Positions 58,690-64,000 of a DNA stretch of 64,000 nt are shown in pieces. The notes below the pieces were generated by a model. It had not been told where the DNA came from. It ran no database searches and worked only from the letters and a program-made list of their open reading frames with translations. How positions within the stretch are numbered: the stretch's first letter is position 1; every line of letters starts with the position of its first letter. The translations under genes were made by a program, and so were the position numbers. The DNA lies in NCBI GenBank assembly GCA_977017575.1, contig CDRNVI010000184.1:62001-126000 (forward strand), in the 5' to 3' direction. This DNA is from Paramoeba atlantica (lineage: Eukaryota; Protista; Discosea).

Positions 58690-61600
58690 ACCTTGCATGG
58701 TCAATGATATTTACTACACAAGCACTTTGTGATTCTAGGGCTTGCAGGATAGATGTTGTGGCAAGAACATTCCTGAATAAAGCAATTCCCAAACTTTAGA
58801 GACCATTACAAAGGAAATTACATTTCCTTAGCTGACAAATCATCAATAATGCCAACTGAAGAAGTTCACTCCTTCCCAATCCCAGAGAGATTGGAGAATT
58901 AAAAATAACTACACAAACAAGATTGGATCCTAGATCAATTTTAGCAGTTGAGGTCAAACAGAAAAAAAAAGCTCTACAACTGAGATTTGATTATGTGAGA
59001 CAATATATCTACACTACTTGAATTGAGATTATGAATGTTGGAAATACCTCATTCTCACTTGAAAAAGGGTCTACATGTTGTAAAACACATTAATGTTACA
59101 GAAAAGAATGCAGAACAAACCATTGCAAAACCTCTTGATAAAAGACCAGTAAAACTTCACCAAAAGAAGTCAGATGAAAGAATGTATAAAGATAAATTGG
59201 TCACTCCAGAACTACAGCCTCAAGAGGACTGCCATGGAATGGCAAAACACATGTGCAATCAAGGAGGTTGGGGATTCTCAGAAGAAATAGCATCAATGTT
59301 CTTTAGCAAATATCCTGTTGAGAGATGGTCAGAAAAATCTGGAAGAAGATGAAAAGATGATTCCAGAGGAATATGAGGAGTTCACAAAGAAAACTGACCT
59401 CACTCTTAGTGATCTCAATCTTGATCAAATGATTCAACTCTGTAAACTCTTTGAAAAATACAAAGAAATGTGGGACATACTTAGCAATGCTCCAATCATG
59501 CATACAGATGCAACAGAGTTCAAAATTGAACTTAAAGATGAAACTCAAAAGCCTTTTAGATGAGCTTATTATACAAAGGAGACAGTCAAAAGGACAATTG
59601 AAGAGAATCAAATCCAAGAAATGGCCAAGAGAAGAGTCATCCAATCATCAAATTCACCATGTTAGTGGCAAAAAAGCAAATGAAAAAGTCTGATTCTGTA
59701 TGGATTACAGAGAATTAAATGAAAGGACTAAGAAATGGAGTTATCTAATACCAAAAAAATTAATGATGTGTTGTCATACCTGGGTGAATCTTCATTCTTT
59801 TCAACATTGGATATGACTGCAGCATTTTAGTCAATCCCAATCCAAGAGGAAGACAAGGGAAAAATGGCTTTTGTTCACAATTCAGGCTGTGGGAATGGAA
59901 TTCAATGCCATTTGGATTAACAAATGCTCTGGCAACACAGCAACATTTTATAGATACAATACTTGCTGGCTTGCAATGATATATATCTGTATTAATTATG
60001 TTGATGACATAGTTATCTTCTCAAAAACCTTTGAGAAACATATTCAATCACTAGTAGAGAAAGTGCTGGATAGATTAAAGGAAAATAAGTTGCAAATTAA
60101 CCTGAGTAAAGTGGTGAAAGATCTTTCACATTACTTGGATATACAGCAACAAAGGATGGAATTTTGGCTAATGACAAGAAAGTCAAGGCCATAAAACATT
60201 TTCCACAACCAACCAATCAAAAGGAATTACAATCACTCTTAGGATTGGTTAGTTGGTGTAGGAGATTCATCCACAATTGTTCTCAAAAAACATATCACCT
60301 TCGAGAATTATTGCTACAACCATTATTTGAATGGGTTAAGAAGGCAGATAATGAATTTCAGGAAATGAAGGAAACAATTGCAAGAATACCAATGCCAAAT
60401 TTCAGAAAAACATTCTATATTCATGTGGACACATCAAAAAATGGTTATGATTCAATACTGATACAACACCCTGATGATCCTCTTGATAAACCAGCACCAA
60501 AAAGGTCAGAAATACCAAAAAAGCACAAAATAGTCGCTTTCACAAGTCTGGCTTTGCCAAAACACAATAAAAATATACAAATTCTGAACAAAAATGTTAT
60601 GAGGCTTACTGGGCAATTAACAAGTTTAAGGAATTCATTATGGGAAGAGATGTGGTGATTTTTAGTGAGCACCAGAGTCAACAGTCAAACTGTGCAACTC
60701 CACAGTAAGCAAACAAGAAGCAAACTTATCTGTGGGTGGCTGCTGGAAATAGCAGCAGTTGCAAGTCAAATTCTACACCAACCTGGGAAAACACTGGTTA
60801 TTCCTGATACACTCAGTTGAGCACATCATGTATCCTATCAAGAGGAAGATGCTCAAACTCCAATTAAGAAATCCTGGAGAGACTGGGAGTTAAAAATGTG
60901 GAAAACAAAACAACATTTTAACAAACAAAAAATGGCAATATTGAAGCTCTGTTCTCTCTCAAAAACCTGTCATAGGGTAGATGAGTCCACCAGAGATGGA
61001 AAGGAGTTATTGGCTAAAATGGGTCAGTGCACAGAAAGCATGGGTCAGCTTGGTGGCCAATCTGCTCAAGGAAGGAGCAGGGGACTCTCTCAAGGATGAC
61101 TATCTGGGATAGCTGTTGGGTCAGCTTCATGTAAGACACTGGGCAGTGTGATGGGTTAGCTTCAGACAATTCCCAGCAAGACTGAGTGTAATGACATTTC
61201 TGACTCTGGAAGTGAGGATGAATTTAGGTCAAGTACACAACCAGGTGAACCTACCAGAGTTCATACAGTGCCTGAAATACAACCTCTTATAAATAAGGAG
61301 CCAGAAGGAGCAAAACTGTCAGATACTGGTGCTGGCCACACTGGATCTGAGAATCAGAATGATTCAGAAAAACAATGGATCATAAAGGACCAAGAACAAT
61401 ACTGGAGCAATATGAAGGATCAATTTTGTCAAAGAATGAGAAATTTGATCTTAATTAGAGAATACCTGAGTTTTGTAAAGACATTCAGAAATTATTGGAA
61501 ACAAGGTGACATTATTGTCTCAATAATACATATACCCATATCTTATCAATTGTGGATGCCTTCACAGGGTACTTTTCATTATTTCCACTGAAAGCTGTCA

Positions 61601-62560
61601 TCACAAAAGAGATGGCACAATGCCTCTTGAAATATGTTACAATCCATTCAATGCCACCGGAAATAGTGACTGATGGAGGGGCCCAGAAAGAACTCTTTGT
61701 GGAATTGACACAAATCTGAGGAACACACCATGCAAAGGTCTCCCTCTATAACCACAAAGGAAATGGCAAAGTGGAAACAATTCATTCACCTGTTAAAAAC
61801 ATGATGAGGGCTTTATGTCCAGAAATATCAAAGGGACTGTGGGATTTGCTCCTTCCAATTGGTGGAATTTGCTTACAATACCCAAGTTCATTCTGTAACA
61901 AAACAAAAACCTTTCATGTTACAATTTAGTCGAATACCAACATATCCAATCAATGTTACACTGGGAACATCAAACCCAAAATTGGTTACTTCAGATGAAT
62001 ATGTGGCTAATGTGAGGAATAAGATGTTAGAAATCTTTCAACTGGTAAATGAAAAATGAAGAGATTCCAAGGAACAAAGAGTTGATGACTATAATGCTCA
62101 TCAAAGAACTCAAATTCTATCGGTTGGAGACTGAGTCCTTCTTCTAAATCATGAAAAAAGGAAGAAATTTAACCAAAAATTCAATCCAAGGACACAAGGT
62201 GATGTCCATATGATAACTGAGGTTGTTTCAGCTCAAATATATCGATTAAGGAATCTCAAAACAAGATGGATTCTTCCACAACCTGTTCATGGAAGTGAAT
62301 TAATATGAAAGGGTTGAGATTGAAAAGGAACAAAACCTGATAAAGGAGAAAGAACTCCCACCAGGAGATGGATGAAGAAGTCTGAGATATAGAATTATCT
62401 CAGAAAGAGAATTTGATGGTTATCAACAATATTGTATGGAAATCCAACCACCTACTGGAAGAAAATGACATAAGTGGTGGGAGAAAGAACACCTGGGAGG
62501 TACAAAAGAGTTGAAAGATTACCTCAAGGCAAAGAAGCCTCAAAAAGGTTATTGGTGGGC
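58690..62560 (+). pseudogene. pol: Gypsy-2 pol (PR, RT, RNH, IN, GPY/F-like region, divergent chromo-like domain)
   Basis: DSR at 58731; fragments 59318-59563, 59871-60194, 60164-60658 and 61859-62059; many frameshifts. Confidence 0.88.
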
Positions 62561-62657
62561 AGACTGATCAATAATGGGTGGATTTTCCCTGTAAGAACTT
62601 TGAATTTTGTTCAGAACTGACAAAGCTGCGCTCAAAACTCTGCTTGCAAGGGGGGGG

Positions 62658-62865
62658 TGTAAATAATTAAATATCCAAATATGAAATATTATAAATATAT
62701 ATAACACCTTTATTTGAATCCTTGTTAAATTCAGTTCAACTGATTGCAGTTCATTGTTGTCAACATCCTGTCACTGTGTTTTCTCCTCTCTACTCTCTCA
62801 CTTGTTGATTTCCCAGTTTCTCAACTGTGCTTCTTTGAAACCTCAGAAATAAAACAAAATCTACA
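62658..62865 (+). repeat. Gypsy-2 3' LTR (208 bp, TGTA...TACA), preceded by polypurine tract aagggggggg (62648-62657)
   Basis: Inverted termini and adjacent polypurine tract seen directly. Confidence 0.9.
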
Positions 62866-64000
62866 AAGGATTGCTTCATCCAAGAAAGCTTCACAACAAA
62901 AAAAAAACAAGATGTCACATAAAAACAAAAAGAAAAAAGGAAATGGAAATGGATATATAAAAATAAAAAATAATATCGACAAAAGAGTGAGCCAGGCTGA
63001 GAAAAAAATAATCATAACAACAATAAATAACAACAATAATAAAATAACAAAATAACAACAACAATATTCCAAACAAAGTACACTATTGGGGAGAATCAAA
63101 CAAAACAACAACAGCAACATTCACAACAGACTCTTTGCCAACAAACACTTTCAGGGTGAAATCATTCCAAACAGTTTTAAATAATATATGTGACACAACC
63201 AAAAAACCTAGAATAAAGAAAGAAACAACAATCCATAAAAATAACCCAAACAGTAATTCTCTCTCAAAGATAAGTTGAGGATCCAAACTTTTAAACAACT
63301 CTCCCAACAACATCTCAACCAACCAACAAAAGAAAACCAAATAATAATAAAAGCAAACATAACAAAAAAAACCTTTTTTGAAGAAAAAAAAAAATAGGTC
63401 ACACAAGTTCCAACAAACACAAGCAAGAAAAAACAGTCCAAAAAACTCACATCAGTAATTATTCAATCCCTCACCTCACTCTTGTTCCCTTTTGGAGGGG
63501 GATATCTTTTTTTTTGAATTTCATTCAAGAAAACAAAAAAAACTTAACTCTCAGATTCTCCATCAACCCTCTGGCTCTCTGGTAACAAAAAAGAGAAGTA
63601 ATCCATCAAAGAAAAGAAGAAATAAGAAAAAGAAAGCACAAAAAAACAGGAAAAGGAAAAAGAAAAAAAGAAAAAAAGAAAGAAAACAAAAAAAGAAAGA
63701 AAAAAAAAGAAAGAAAAAAAAGAAAGAAAAAGAAAGAAAAAAAAGAAAGAAAAAGAAACCACAACTTGAAGCAACATATTTAACCCAATCATGATCATAG
63801 TGACCTATGAAAGAAGAGAAAAAAAGAGAAAAGAAAAAAGAGAAAGGAAAAGAAACAAAAAGAGAGAAAAAAAAGGGAAGAAAAAAAAGGGAGAAAAGAA
63901 GGGAGAAAAAAAGAGAAGTAAGGAAAAAAGAAAAGAGATGATGGCAAGAACAAAAACAGAAAACTAGAGTGGGGAAGGTGCAACACTCTTTTTTTAGCCA
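62866..64000. other. A-rich low-complexity non-coding sequence, unassigned
   Basis: A/AAAG/AAAC runs; the ORFs here are compositional poly-Lys or poly-Phe. Confidence 0.5.

Larger units (their letters stand above)
57438..62865 (+). mobile_element. Ty3/Gypsy LTR retrotransposon 2, near full length, heavily decayed
   Basis: ~208-bp LTRs at both ends, PBS-like TGGTAATGC, polypurine tract, PR ALCDSRA, RT YVDDIVIFSKT, RNH IHVDTS, IN IVTDGG..SPYNHKGNGKVE. Confidence 0.9.

Noticed and set aside
62744-63986. Poly-Lys, poly-Phe and Asn-rich ORFs as host genes
   Set aside because: Low-complexity A-run artefacts with no domain content.

Overview
The window is eukaryotic, AT-rich DNA made almost entirely of nested transposons, and I found no host gene. 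It holds three related families of L1-like non-LTR retrotransposons (my labels LINE-A, -B, -C): ORF1, then an ORF2 with APE endonuclease, RT (FMDD), a CCHC finger and, in A and B, a C-terminal archaeal-type RNase H. It also holds two tRNA-derived SINE families (SINE1, SINE2; 13 copies or fragments), two decayed chromodomain-bearing Ty3/Gypsy elements, a solo LTR, a 6-kb satellite with an exact 577-bp three-monomer higher-order repeat, and an 8-bp minisatellite. Nesting order can be read from target-site duplications (TSDs). Most copies show heavy C>T/G>A decay, at CpG first and then other contexts. Three signals stand out. (1) All six intact LINE 5' ends, across three families, begin with an oligo(A) run of 8-47 nt, which lies inside the TSD where a TSD can be read. 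(2) The two SINE families share a core hairpin with an identical 15-nt loop and a compensatory base-pair change. (3) The LINEs combine an unfamiliar ORF1 (CX2CX3HX5C knuckle) with an archaeal-type RNase H and a conserved 3' stem-loop. All alignments and counts were done by eye, family names are my own labels, and the host species cannot be determined from this sequence.
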